Part shown: positions 25,450 through 34,549 of the stretch, piece by piece
How the letters are laid out: each line of letters starts with the position of its first letter
Position numbering within the stretch: position 1 is the first letter of the stretch
DNA from: Bradymonadia bacterium
GTDB lineage: Bacteria > Myxococcota_A > Bradymonadia > UBA7976 > UBA1532
Assembly: GCA_046290225.1 (NCBI GenBank)
Contig: JBKAGE010000036.1
Span: 224,001 to 288,000 of the forward strand
DNA length: 64,000 nt
Reading direction: 5' to 3'
Notes under the pieces: generated by a model
The model's input: only the letters and a program-made list of their open reading frames with translations
Database searches by the model: none
Told to the model about the DNA's origin: nothing
Translations under genes and position numbers: made by a program

Positions 25450-27525
25450 ATGGGCCGTTTCACCCGCCTCTCCCTCTCTGCAGCTTTTGCCACCCTCGCC
25501 CTCGGAGGCACCGCCTCTGCCGAGGAGGGTATGTGGCCCTACAACATGGCCCCCGTGGACCAGATCAAGGCTGGCCACGGCTTCGAGCTCACCGATCAGT
25601 TCCTCGATCGGGCCATGAAGGCTTCGGTGCGCTTCAACAATGGCGGCTCGGGGAGCTTTGTCTCCGCTGATGGCCTGGTGATGACCAACCACCATGTAGG
25701 GGCCGACTGCATCCAGAAGCTCTCTCAGGGGGAGCGGGACGTCATGGCCGACGGCTACCTCGCCAAGGATGCCGCTGGCGCCCTCAAGTGCCCCGATCTC
25801 GAGCTGAACCAGCTGCAGTCCATCGCCGACGTCACCGAGGTGCTCAGCGCCATCGACGATGTAAAGGCCCGGAAGGCGCGCATGTCGGCTCTGGAGAAAG
25901 CCTGCGCCGACGAGACCGGCCTGCGCTGCGACGTGGTCACCCTCTACGCCGGGGGCGCCTACCACCTGTACCGCTACCGCAAGTACACCGACGTACGCCT
26001 GGTATTCGCCCCCGAGTTCAAGGCCGCCTTCTTCGGTGGTGATCCCGACAACTTCACGTTTCCCCGCACCTGCCTCGACGTGGCTTTCTTCCGGGTCTTC
26101 GACAAGGACGCCCCGATCAAGAGCCCCGATCACCTGCCCTTCTCCAAGGACGGCGCCGCCGAGGGCGATCTGGTCTTCGTCTCGGGCAACCCCGGCTCCA
26201 CGGGCCGCTTCGACACCCCGGCGAAGCTGACCCACTTGCAAAGCCTCGCCTACCCCTTCGTGCTCGAGCAGCTCAAGCACCGGGCGGCGACCTTCAAGGC
26301 CTTCATGGACAAAGGCCCGGAGCAGCACCGCGCTGGTCGTGACGCTTACTTCGGCATCATGAACGCCATCAAGGCCATCACCGGCTACCTCGGCGGCCTC
26401 AACGATCCCGCCCTCATCGCCGAGGTGCGCAAGCGCCACGATGCCGTGAAGGCACAGCTCAAGGCCATGCCCGAAGAGAAGCTCTCCGCAGCGGAGCGTA
26501 CGCGCCTGCTCGAGGCCTGGGGGGCCCTGGCGAAGGCCTACACGGCCTACGGGGAGTTCTACAAGATCCACGCCGTCACTGAAGGCTGGCTGGCCCCTCG
26601 CAGCTCGGTGCTTCGCGTGGCCCGTACGCTTCTGCGCCTCAACGACGAGCTCGAGAAGCCCTCTGGAGCGCGCCTGCGGGAGTTCCGGGACAGCAACCTC
26701 GAGAGCGTGGAGCTGCGCCTCTTCAGCCCCGCCCCCATCGACGACGGCTTCGAGACTGTACAGATCGCCCTGGGCCTGCAGGCCATGGTCGACGTGCTCG
26801 GTGCAGATCACGCTGCGGTGAAGGCCGCCCTCGACGGCATGACCCCTCAAGCCCGGGCCGAGGCCGTGGTCAAGGGCACCGCCATCAAGTCAGTGGATGC
26901 CCGCAAGCAGATGCTCGCCGACGGCGCCGAGAAGCTCGCCGCGGCAAAGGATCCGGCCATCGAGCTGGTCCGGGCCTATGACGCCCTGGCCCGGGAGCTG
27001 CGCAGCCGCCACGAGCAGGAGGTCGAGGCCGTGGAGCGCAAGTTCGCCGGCCGCATCGCCGAGGCCTGGGCCCTTGCATACGGCCAGGGCGTGTACCCCG
27101 ACGCCACCTTCACCCTGCGCCTCAACCACGGCGTCATCAAAGGCTACTCTCACGCCGATCAGACCTTCCCCTGGCACACCACCATGGCCGACGTCTTCGC
27201 CAAGAGTGAAAAGTACGGGAACGCTGATCCGTACACCGTGAGCGACCGCTGGCTCGCCGCCAAGGGCAAGCTCGATCCGAAGGTGCCCTTCAACATCGTG
27301 AGCACCAACGACATCATCGGCGGCAACTCGGGCAGCCCCATGTTCGACACCAAGGGTCAGGTTGTCGGGCTGATCTTCGACGGCAACCTGCAGCAGCTGC
27401 CCAACCGGTTCCTCTATCGGGACACCGCCGCCCGCTCGATCAGCGTCGACGTGCGGGCCATCACCCACGCCCTGGACGTAGTGTACGGCGCCGAGGGCCT
27501 GCTCAAAGAGCTCGGGGTCAAGTGA
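25450..27525 (+). CDS. S46 family dipeptidyl peptidase (DPP7/DPP11-like), secreted
   Basis: Signal then AEEGMW; GSFVS..GLVMTNHH; FGGDPDNF; PDATFTLR; DIIGGNSGSP; GLIFDGN. Confidence 0.92.
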   Translation: MGRFTRLSLSAAFATLALGGTASAEEGMWPYNMAPVDQIKAGHGFELTDQFLDRAMKASVRFNNGGSGSFVSADGLVMTNHHVGADCIQKLSQGERDVMADGYLAKDAAGALKCPDLELNQLQSIADVTEVLSAIDDVKARKARMSALEKACADETGLRCDVVTLYAGGAYHLYRYRKYTDVRLVFAPEFKAAFFGGDPDNFTFPRTCLDVAFFRVFDKDAPIKSPDHLPFSKDGAAEGDLVFVSGNPGSTGRFDTPAKLTHLQSLAYPFVLEQLKHRAATFKAFMDKGPEQHRAGRDAYFGIMNAIKAITGYLGGLNDPALIAEVRKRHDAVKAQLKAMPEEKLSAAERTRLLEAWGALAKAYTAYGEFYKIHAVTEGWLAPRSSVLRVARTLLRLNDELEKPSGARLREFRDSNLESVELRLFSPAPIDDGFETVQIALGLQAMVDVLGADHAAVKAALDGMTPQARAEAVVKGTAIKSVDARKQMLADGAEKLAAAKDPAIELVRAYDALARELRSRHEQEVEAVERKFAGRIAEAWALAYGQGVYPDATFTLRLNHGVIKGYSHADQTFPWHTTMADVFAKSEKYGNADPYTVSDRWLAAKGKLDPKVPFNIVSTNDIIGGNSGSPMFDTKGQVVGLIFDGNLQQLPNRFLYRDTAARSISVDVRAITHALDVVYGAEGLLKELGVK

Positions 27526-27536
27526 GAGCTACTGCT

Positions 27537-27557
27537 GGCGCCCGGTCTCAGGGCGCC
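27537..27557. terminator. Short GC hairpin between convergent genes
   Basis: GGCGCCC-N7-GGGCGCC; no U-tract. Confidence 0.3.
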
Positions 27558-27577
27558 CAAGCTCGAGATGTCCAGCC

Positions 27578-28171
27578 TCAGGCTGTCTGACGGGTGATGG
27601 CCTCTACCGGGGGTCGATTCACCTCGGCGCCGTACTTCGGCACCCCCATCCAAATGAAGCCCACCACCCCTTCGGTCTCCAGATCGATGCCCACCGCTTC
27701 GATCACCTCTGGCAAACGCGTGAGGCTGCCCGTGGACCACTTGGTGCCGTAGCCCGCAGCGTGCGCCACGAGGGTGAAGTTCTGAATCGCGCAGGCCACC
27801 GAGGCGTAGTCCTCCTGGGCTCGATGCGGATCAGGTGACAACACCTGCGTCACCACCACCAGCGCACCGGGGTTCACCACCTTCTCTTCGATGAGCGTTC
27901 GCCGCGGCTCGGCGAGCGTGCCACCGCTCTTCTGGGCGGCCTTCTCCAGGGCCACCTCGGCGATGTGCTTACGGGCCTCGGGGCCCACAACAGTGAAGCG
28001 CCAGGGCCATGTGTGCTTGTGGTTCGGCGCGGCGTTCGCTGCCTGGATCGCCTGACTCAAAACATCAGGGTGCACGGCCCCTGCAGCGTACTTGTGGGCG
28101 GTGCGGCGCCCAGTGATCAGATCGAGGGCCGCTCTGGCCCCCTCGAGATCAGCATTCAGTGCCTCTGACAT
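27578..28171 (-). CDS. Nitroreductase family protein (YdjA-like)
   Basis: RRT..Y, A..APNH..T.PWRF, CAIQN..L.AHA.GYGTKWSTG. Confidence 0.88.
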   Translation of the reverse strand: MSEALNADLEGARAALDLITGRRTAHKYAAGAVHPDVLSQAIQAANAAPNHKHTWPWRFTVVGPEARKHIAEVALEKAAQKSGGTLAEPRRTLIEEKVVNPGALVVVTQVLSPDPHRAQEDYASVACAIQNFTLVAHAAGYGTKWSTGSLTRLPEVIEAVGIDLETEGVVGFIWMGVPKYGAEVNRPPVEAITRQTA

Positions 28172-28384
28172 AGTGCTCCGTCGTGGGTTCGAGCCACATG
28201 TTGGTTCTTGTCCGGGAGGATGCTGCCGACGCCTCGGGCGTTGCGTCAACTTCGACACCTGCATCGAGATCCACTCACGGTCACCGTTCGATCTGCCCTT
28301 CAGCTCCCCCTGCCCCAAAGCTCCCCCCCAAACCCCTGAAACCAATCAACAAGTCGTCTTTCTCCACAAAAATCACCTCCCGAT

Positions 28385-28412
28385 TTGACCTGAACAAACA
28401 TTCAGTTATCAT
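28385..28412 (+). promoter_or_regulatory. Sigma70-like promoter with a Myxococcus-type LexA box (28390-28405) in the spacer
   Basis: -35 TTGACC, 16-nt spacer, -10 TATCAT; palindrome CTGAAC-AAAC-ATTCAG; reverse strand CTGAATGTTTGTTCAGG has 1 mismatch to the M. xanthus consensus as I recall it (CTRHAMRYBYGTTCAGS). Confidence 0.75.
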
Positions 28413-28528
28413 ACCCCACATTGGCTCGCTGGATGGCTGGCGGGTCACGGTCAAAGAGAACGACCGAGCTCTCAATCCCGGGTGATCTTCACATCAATCA
28501 CCCCGGCCCTTGCCCAGGAGGAATCCTC

Positions 28529-29527
28529 ATGGCTTTCAAGAAGATGGTTCAATCCAAATACCCACCTCGGCTGTGGTCCCTGGTGGGTTACCCCGGCTCT
28601 GGCAAGTCCACCTTCGCCGCTCAACTGCAGGGGCCCATGGTGGTGGTCGATGCTGATCACCGCTTCCAAGAGGTGCTCGGTACAACAGAAGGCGATGTCT
28701 TCTCGCTGAGCGATACCCCCTCCGACAACGTGAACCCCGATCGCATCTCCACGTTGCTCAACCAGAACATGCCCGGCGCTGGGGTGAAGACCATCGTGGT
28801 CGATTCGCTCACCGCCATCATCACCCCCATCGTGGTGCAGGCCATGCTCGACCACGACAAGGGTCGCGCCCGCAACCTGTCGGCGGCCTTCAAGACCAAG
28901 GCCCTGGCCATGCGTCAGCTGCAAGACGCCGTCACCCGTTGGGGCTGCGACGTCCTCTGGATCTATCACCTGCAGGACGCCCGCGATGCCAAGGCCAACG
29001 AGATCACCCGGGCCACGGTGAGCCAGACCGAGCTCGCCCGTCTCACCCGCAGCATCAACTGCCAGCTTGAGATCGTCGAGAACGACCAGGGGCAGCGGGG
29101 CATCAAGATCAACTGGTGCCGTCGGGGTCGCTCCGGCATGGTCATCTGGGACGAGACCGGTGGCTTCGTGGGCATGCCCGAGAAGATCGAGGCCGCCATG
29201 TACGATGGCCTGAGCCGGGAGGAGCAAGAGAGCATCGAGCGTGAGACGCCGGTGCACTTCCCCAACCCCGAGACCGCCATCGCATGGGGCTTCGAGCAAG
29301 GCGCCTTCGAGGCGCTGCAGCACGCCCGCAACGCCTACGAGAAGGTGAAGCGCGAGCGCAGCCCCCGCAACGCTCGGGAGATGGCCAGCATGTGGGTTGA
29401 GTACGTGCAGGAGGCCCTGGTGCGCAAAGCCGCCGCCGAAGAGGGCCAGGTGATCAGCGAGCCTGAGGAAGAGCAGCACATGAACGGTCATGCCTCCGCC
29501 GATATGGGCGAGGCGCTGCCCTTCTGA
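28529..29527 (+). CDS. RecA-fold ATPase of the phage Sak4/AAA_24 type with acidic C-terminal tail
   Basis: MAFKK start; Walker A GYPGSGKST; VVDAD; Walker B TIVVDSLT; LWIYH; ends EEEQ...GEALPF; AGGAGG RBS. Confidence 0.7.
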   Translation: MAFKKMVQSKYPPRLWSLVGYPGSGKSTFAAQLQGPMVVVDADHRFQEVLGTTEGDVFSLSDTPSDNVNPDRISTLLNQNMPGAGVKTIVVDSLTAIITPIVVQAMLDHDKGRARNLSAAFKTKALAMRQLQDAVTRWGCDVLWIYHLQDARDAKANEITRATVSQTELARLTRSINCQLEIVENDQGQRGIKINWCRRGRSGMVIWDETGGFVGMPEKIEAAMYDGLSREEQESIERETPVHFPNPETAIAWGFEQGAFEALQHARNAYEKVKRERSPRNAREMASMWVEYVQEALVRKAAAEEGQVISEPEEEQHMNGHASADMGEALPF

Positions 29528-29650
29528 TCGTGCGCTGACGTACACAACAGACAGACGCATCACACGAGAGATTTCAAAGGCAGTCGGTGAGCCCCGCCCG
29601 TCGTGACACACGGCGGGGTCACTTCAACCCCGCGCTCCATTCTCCGTGAT

Positions 29651-29700
29651 AGAGCTGCCTGTGAGAGATCTGCCTGTGTGAGAGCTGCCTGTGTGAGAGA
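29651..29700. repeat. Short tandem repeat, about 3.5 copies of AGAG(AT)CTGCCTGTG(TG)
   Basis: agagctgcctgtg agagatctgcctgtgtg agagctgcctgtgtg agaga. Confidence 0.7.
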
Positions 29701-29740
29701 TTCTAGAATGAGCGGGAAAATAACCTCCCCACTCAAACAC

Positions 29741-29776
29741 AAACGGCCACCTTCCTTGCCCGGAGGTGGCCGTTTT
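29741..29776. terminator. Intrinsic, probably bidirectional, terminator between convergent genes
   Basis: AAACGGCCACCT...AGGTGGCCGTTTT stem with A and T flanks. Confidence 0.75.
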
Positions 29777-29868
29777 CGCTTTCAGGCGGATATGTGTGGG
29801 TCCAACCCAGCGGTCGTCACAGCGAGCCCCTGAACCCGCCCTTTCCCCAACCCCTGCCCTGAACTCTC

Positions 29869-30384
29869 TTACTCATCGAACCCGTCGTCCATCGGCGGCA
29901 TCTCGGGCTGAGCCTCACCCCAGGGGCCACCACGACGATGCCCCCGATGCTGCTTACGCAGCGCCTGGGCCTGCGCCCGCTGCTCAGCGGTGAGGATGGA
30001 CGCGATCTCCAAGCGCGTCTCGATGCGGGCGCGGGCCTTCTCCCCCTTGAGCGCGTGCATCTTCTCGAACTGAGCCAGGATGGCCCCTCGATCCAGAGTC
30101 TCGGCCTTCCAGAGGGCCTTCATCTCTTTGCGAGCAGCCTTCATCACCGCTCGGGTCTCTTGATGACGGGCCCTGGCCTCCTCTCGAACCGCCTCGATCT
30201 GAGACGCTTGCTCTTCAGTGAGGTCCAACGCCTCTACGAGCTTTTCGATGGGAGCCTTCATCATCATGCCCCCATGCCCCCGACCATGGTGACCCGGGCG
30301 GGCCTGGGCAGTGGAGAGACTGAGGCAGGCCCCGAGGGCGATGGCCATCAATGCGAAGCGGGCGGTGAAGTTCTTGCGAGCCAT
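29869..30384 (-). CDS. Spy/CpxP/ZraP family periplasmic chaperone
   Basis: Signal peptide; His/Gly/Met-rich N-terminus; two LTxxQ motifs (LTEEQ, LTAEQ). Confidence 0.9.
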   Translation of the reverse strand: MARKNFTARFALMAIALGACLSLSTAQARPGHHGRGHGGMMMKAPIEKLVEALDLTEEQASQIEAVREEARARHQETRAVMKAARKEMKALWKAETLDRGAILAQFEKMHALKGEKARARIETRLEIASILTAEQRAQAQALRKQHRGHRRGGPWGEAQPEMPPMDDGFDE

Positions 30385-30458
30385 GACGTATCTCCTGTGC
30401 AGGCAGATGGTGTTGTATCTGCGGTCGAGCCTCTCAACCGCTCATGGCAATTCCGTAG

Positions 30459-30475
30459 AGCAGCCCCCGTGCCAG
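30459..30475 (-). promoter_or_regulatory. Sigma54 -24/-12 promoter for the Spy/CpxP gene
   Basis: Minus strand CTGGCAC-GGGGG-CTGCT (GG-N10-GC). Confidence 0.75.
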
Positions 30476-30492
30476 GTCACCCGCACTAATCA

Positions 30493-30575
30493 TTTCAACA
30501 CATTATGGTTCCCCTGATCATCGAGGATGCATGTTCTGCATCTGCAGAGCTTCCACTGGGGTGCAGAATCTGCAC
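30493..30575. promoter_or_regulatory. IHF-like site plus two palindromic enhancer (bEBP) sites
   Basis: TTTCAACACATTA (30493-30505, 1 mismatch to WATCAANNNNTTR); ATGCATGTTCTGCAT (30527-30541); GTGCAGAATCTGCAC (30561-30575). Confidence 0.6.
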
Positions 30576-30634
30576 ATCGGTGCATGGAGACATGGCATCT
30601 GTGCACGCTGCAGTTCCGTGATACATCCCAGTAC

Positions 30635-31978
30635 ATGCGCCCCCACTCTCCCCATCAACGGACCCGCACCGCCTTCACGCTGCTCACCGTCGTGGTGGCG
30701 CTCATGGGTGCCGCGCTCATCATTTTGGGGTTCTGGTCCTGGCAGCAAAGCCAGAGTGATGCCCTCGCCGCCTTCAAGGCCCGCATGTTGGAGCGCGGTC
30801 ACTCCATCAACCGAAGCCTCAGGCGTACAGAAAGTGATCTCGGCACGCACTTGCGAGAGCAGCTCACCGACTACGAAGAGACCTCGAGCTACATTCGACT
30901 CGTGCGCCTGGACGGTGAAGTCCTGGCCTCTACCCTCGAAGATGAATCGGGTCAGCAGCACGACATGTCATGGGTCCCTGCCGCTCGGCGGCGCCCCAGG
31001 CCACGGATGCGCCCGTACTATCAGCAGGTCCAGCGCCAGGGTGAAGAGATCATGGAGGTGTGGCTCAGGGCCCGACCCGGCCGTCGCGGCGCGCTGAACC
31101 CCCAATGGCCACCTGGACCAGTGCTTTTGTGTGTCGGCGTGCCCCTCGCTGAGGGCCTGGACGGCCTCACCGCGGCCCGCGCTCAGCTCTATCTGTCCAT
31201 CGCTGTGGCCGTGTTGTTGCTGTTGGTGGCCCTCCTCGCGCTGTTCCAGAGCCGGAAGGCGGCAGCTTTGGAGGTCGACCTCGAGCGGAGGCGACGCCTC
31301 GCTGGCCTGGGCGAGCTCGCCGCCGTACTCGCCCACGAGATCAGAACACCCCTCGCGGGGATGAAGGGCTATGCCCAGCTGTTGTTGGAGCGCACTGAAG
31401 ACGCCTCGGAGCGTGTGCGAGGGCCTGCAGGCAAGGTGCTCCGCGAGAGCGAGCGACTCGGCCGCCTCGTGGACGATCTGCTCGATTATGCTCGACCCAG
31501 CCAGCTCACGCTCGAACCCATCGACGCCACAGCAGTGGTGGAAGAGGCCATCGAGGGCCTGGTCCCCACTGCCCGTGAGCGCCAGGTGAAGCTGCTCGTC
31601 GACGCCACGGGGCCAGAGATGCTGCACGGTGACGCCGACCGGCTGCATCAGGCGATCAGCAACCTCGCGGTGAATGCCGTTCAGCTCTCGCCCGAAGGTG
31701 AAACCGTTGTGGCCCGACTTGGGGGTGATCGCAGTCGCGTCACCATCGAGATCCTCGACCGTGGCCCTGGGATCCCGCTCGAAGCGCGGGCGCAGATCTT
31801 CGAGCCCTTCGTCACCGGCAGGGCCAAAGGCACTGGTCTGGGCCTCGCCATCGTACGCCGCATCGCCGACGAGCACAGCGGCATGGTGGCCATCAACGAC
31901 CGGCCTGACGGCGGCTCGGTCTTCATCTTGACTCTGCCCCGAAAACCGATCAGCGATCAGGGCGGTGATCCCCACTGA
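30635..31978 (+). CDS. Two-TM sensor histidine kinase (NtrB/ZraS-like)
   Basis: H box LAHEIRTPL; N box NLAVNA; DRGPGI; FEPFVT; GTGLGL; two TM helices. Confidence 0.92.
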   Translation: MRPHSPHQRTRTAFTLLTVVVALMGAALIILGFWSWQQSQSDALAAFKARMLERGHSINRSLRRTESDLGTHLREQLTDYEETSSYIRLVRLDGEVLASTLEDESGQQHDMSWVPAARRRPRPRMRPYYQQVQRQGEEIMEVWLRARPGRRGALNPQWPPGPVLLCVGVPLAEGLDGLTAARAQLYLSIAVAVLLLLVALLALFQSRKAAALEVDLERRRRLAGLGELAAVLAHEIRTPLAGMKGYAQLLLERTEDASERVRGPAGKVLRESERLGRLVDDLLDYARPSQLTLEPIDATAVVEEAIEGLVPTARERQVKLLVDATGPEMLHGDADRLHQAISNLAVNAVQLSPEGETVVARLGGDRSRVTIEILDRGPGIPLEARAQIFEPFVTGRAKGTGLGLAIVRRIADEHSGMVAINDRPDGGSVFILTLPRKPISDQGGDPH

Positions 31979-31990
31979 CTCAGGAGAACC

Positions 31991-33439
31991 ATGGCGCACC
32001 GCGTGCTCATCGCCGATGACGATCCCACATTGAGGGAGCTGCTCGCCGAGATCATGGCCGACGACGGATACGAGACGCACACGGTCTCTGACGGCGATCA
32101 GGCCATCGCGGCCCTCGTGGAGCGCAGGCCCGATCTGGTCCTCACAGATCTGCGCATGCCCGGGGTGGATGGCCTCCGAGTGGTCGACGCCGCACGGCGG
32201 TGCGATCCGCCGGTGCCGGTCATCGTGCTCACGGCCTACGGCAGCGTGCCCAAGGCCGTAGAGGCCATGCGCCGTGGGGCCTTTGATTTCGTCACCAAGC
32301 CCATCGAGAGCCCTCGTGCGCTCCGGGACCTCGCCGCCCGAGCCCTGGCAACGGCTCAGGTGGATGGGGCCTCTACACAAACAGCCCCACCGACAGCGCC
32401 GACTCAACGCAGCGGATCTGCTCGAGAGATGCACGAGCGTACTGCTGCGTCTGGACCGATTTTCCACGATCCAGCTTCTCGTCAACTGCTGACGCTGATC
32501 CGCAAGGTGGCTGCCCGAGACACCACCATCCTGCTCTCTGGAGAGTCTGGGGCAGGCAAAGAGGTCGTGGCGCGGCAGATCCACGATCACTCCCCTCGCC
32601 ATGGCGGGCCCTTTGTGGCGCTCAACTGCGGCGCCATCCCCGACAGCCTGTTCGAGAGCCAGCTCTTCGGTCACGTGAAGGGGGCCTTCACCGGCGCCCA
32701 CGCGGATCGTTCGGGGGTCTTCGAGGACGCCGACGGCGGCACCCTCCTGCTCGACGAAGTGGCCGACCTGTCGGCGCAAGCGCAGGTGAAGCTGCTCAGA
32801 GCCCTCGAGCTCCGTCGGATCACCCGAGTGGGCGAGAGCGTCGAGCGGGCAGTGGATGTGCGCCTCGTGGCGGCATCGCACAAAGATCTCAAGACCGAGG
32901 TGCAGTCCGGGCGCTTCCGCGAGGACCTCTACTATCGATTGAGCGTGTTTCCCCTCGAAGTACCACCGCTGAGATCTCGCCCCGGTGACATCGAGCCTCT
33001 CGCGGAAGGGTTTCTGCGTCAGCTCGACGAGGGTGATCGCGGCATCACGGAGGCAGCGCGGGCGGTCATGCTGTCATATGGCTGGCCTGGAAACGTCCGC
33101 CAGCTGCGCAATGTGATGGAGCGGGCGGTCATCCTCGCCGGTGACGGGCCCATCGGCCCGGAGCATCTGGGCTTGGAAGGCGTCGCGGTCACCGCCCTCT
33201 CGGGCAAAACTGGCACATCGGAGGCTGGCACATCAGAAGCCGCCATATCGAGCACCAGCGCGCCCAAGGGCGAAGAGGAAGGTGCTGAGGGCGCGTCTCT
33301 CAAAGACATGGAGCGCCAGGCGATCCTCGACGCCCTCGAAGCCCACGACGGGAACCGGCGCAAGGCCGCGGATGCCCTCGGCATCGCCTTGCGCACCCTG
33401 CAATACAAACTGAAGTCCTATGGAATGACGAAGAAATGA
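31991..33439 (+). CDS. Sigma54-dependent response regulator (NtrC/ZraR family)
   Basis: Receiver (IADDD, DLRMP, KP); GESGAGKE; GAFTGA; LLDE; FREDLYYRL; WPGNVRQL; Fis-type HTH. Confidence 0.95.
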   Translation: MAHRVLIADDDPTLRELLAEIMADDGYETHTVSDGDQAIAALVERRPDLVLTDLRMPGVDGLRVVDAARRCDPPVPVIVLTAYGSVPKAVEAMRRGAFDFVTKPIESPRALRDLAARALATAQVDGASTQTAPPTAPTQRSGSAREMHERTAASGPIFHDPASRQLLTLIRKVAARDTTILLSGESGAGKEVVARQIHDHSPRHGGPFVALNCGAIPDSLFESQLFGHVKGAFTGAHADRSGVFEDADGGTLLLDEVADLSAQAQVKLLRALELRRITRVGESVERAVDVRLVAASHKDLKTEVQSGRFREDLYYRLSVFPLEVPPLRSRPGDIEPLAEGFLRQLDEGDRGITEAARAVMLSYGWPGNVRQLRNVMERAVILAGDGPIGPEHLGLEGVAVTALSGKTGTSEAGTSEAAISSTSAPKGEEEGAEGASLKDMERQAILDALEAHDGNRRKAADALGIALRTLQYKLKSYGMTKK

Positions 33440-33786
33440 GCGACACCCCCATCACTTTGCCCGATGGCGCCTCCATGGCTGAATATCAGCGCTACATCCA
33501 CGATCTCGAAGCCTTCCATGGCTGGCTCGACGTCGATCTCGTGCACAACTGCTTCCTGATGGGCGAAGAAGTGGGCGAGCTGTTCAAGGCGATCCGTAAG
33601 CACAACAAGTACTTCGGCGAAGCGGCGAAGGCCTCGGAAGATGCCCCTGACACCGTGCAACATGTCGCCGAAGAGATCGTCGATGTGTTCAACTACCTGC
33701 TGGCCATCGCCAACCGGCTCGACATTGATCTGGAGCAGGCGTTTCGAGAGAAGAACGGCCTCAACCAGAAACGCACCTGGGGCTGA
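33436..33786 (+). CDS. MazG-like nucleotide pyrophosphohydrolase
   Basis: EEVGEL...EEIVD...AIANR..IDLE.AF.EK. Confidence 0.85.
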   Translation: MSDTPITLPDGASMAEYQRYIHDLEAFHGWLDVDLVHNCFLMGEEVGELFKAIRKHNKYFGEAAKASEDAPDTVQHVAEEIVDVFNYLLAIANRLDIDLEQAFREKNGLNQKRTWG

Positions 33787-33898
33787 GGTGACCCCACTTC
33801 ACCGGCCGGCGTGCTCGATGACGAGTCAAGGCGATCCTCTCCCTGGCCTTGCTCGAGGTCGCTCTGTCTGGCGCAGCCACTGGCTGCCTCGCTCACCC

Positions 33899-34543
33899 TT
33901 ACGGTGCTGGCAAAGAAGATCCCTGCGCCATGAGGCGCACTGAGGCCGAGTAGCCCGAGCCGCCAGGCTTCAGAGTGCTGGGCACCCACCGTGGGCGGCT
34001 TTGTCCGCTGGCGTCGACGAAGACCAGCGGGCTGATGGCCCCCATCTCTATCCTGGCCCCCTGCTCCCCCTTCACACCCCCGGCGAAGCGGCCCTCGACG
34101 ACGACGGCCGCCTTCAGGGGCTCCTCCACTTCGTACACGAGCAACACCACAGCGGTGACGCCTCCGTCCTGATCGATACGCCCGTGCACCCGTCTGGCCG
34201 TGGGCTTTCGCAGACTGCCACCGACGCTCAGCTGCCACGATCCGAGGACGCGCTTTGCCATCACAGCGCCGAGCGCTTCACCCTCGGCAGTAGAGAGTCG
34301 CCCATCCCGATCGAGATCGTGTTGAGCCTTGAGCCATCCGGTCTGTGGCCCGGGGGGCAACCTCAGGGACAACAGCGCGTCTGCAGAGAGGGCGCCCTGC
34401 TTCGCCTTGGCCGGGCGCATGGTCATCAACACGGTGCGCACAGGCTTCTTCTTGTGAGCCCACGCCTGTGACGCTGCGCTCAGGAGCATGCACAGCGCCA
34501 ACATCAAGATGTGATGAGGTTGCACCTTCACGGGCGGGACCAT
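33899..34543 (-). CDS. Secreted hypothetical protein with one EF-hand-like loop
   Basis: Signal ...AWAH; DLDRDGRLSTAE; last gene of the porin/PHP operon. Confidence 0.6.
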   Translation of the reverse strand: MVPPVKVQPHHILMLALCMLLSAASQAWAHKKKPVRTVLMTMRPAKAKQGALSADALLSLRLPPGPQTGWLKAQHDLDRDGRLSTAEGEALGAVMAKRVLGSWQLSVGGSLRKPTARRVHGRIDQDGGVTAVVLLVYEVEEPLKAAVVVEGRFAGGVKGEQGARIEMGAISPLVFVDASGQSRPRWVPSTLKPGGSGYSASVRLMAQGSSLPAP

Positions 34544-34549
34544 TCAGAC

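Noticed and set aside
28529..29527. Prophage remnant around the Sak4-like gene
   Set aside because: No integrase, structural or other phage genes; host-like codon usage; flanked by ordinary host genes.
29651..29700. Short repeats as a mini-CRISPR array
   Set aside because: Units are contiguous, 13-17 nt, with no spacers and no cas genes.
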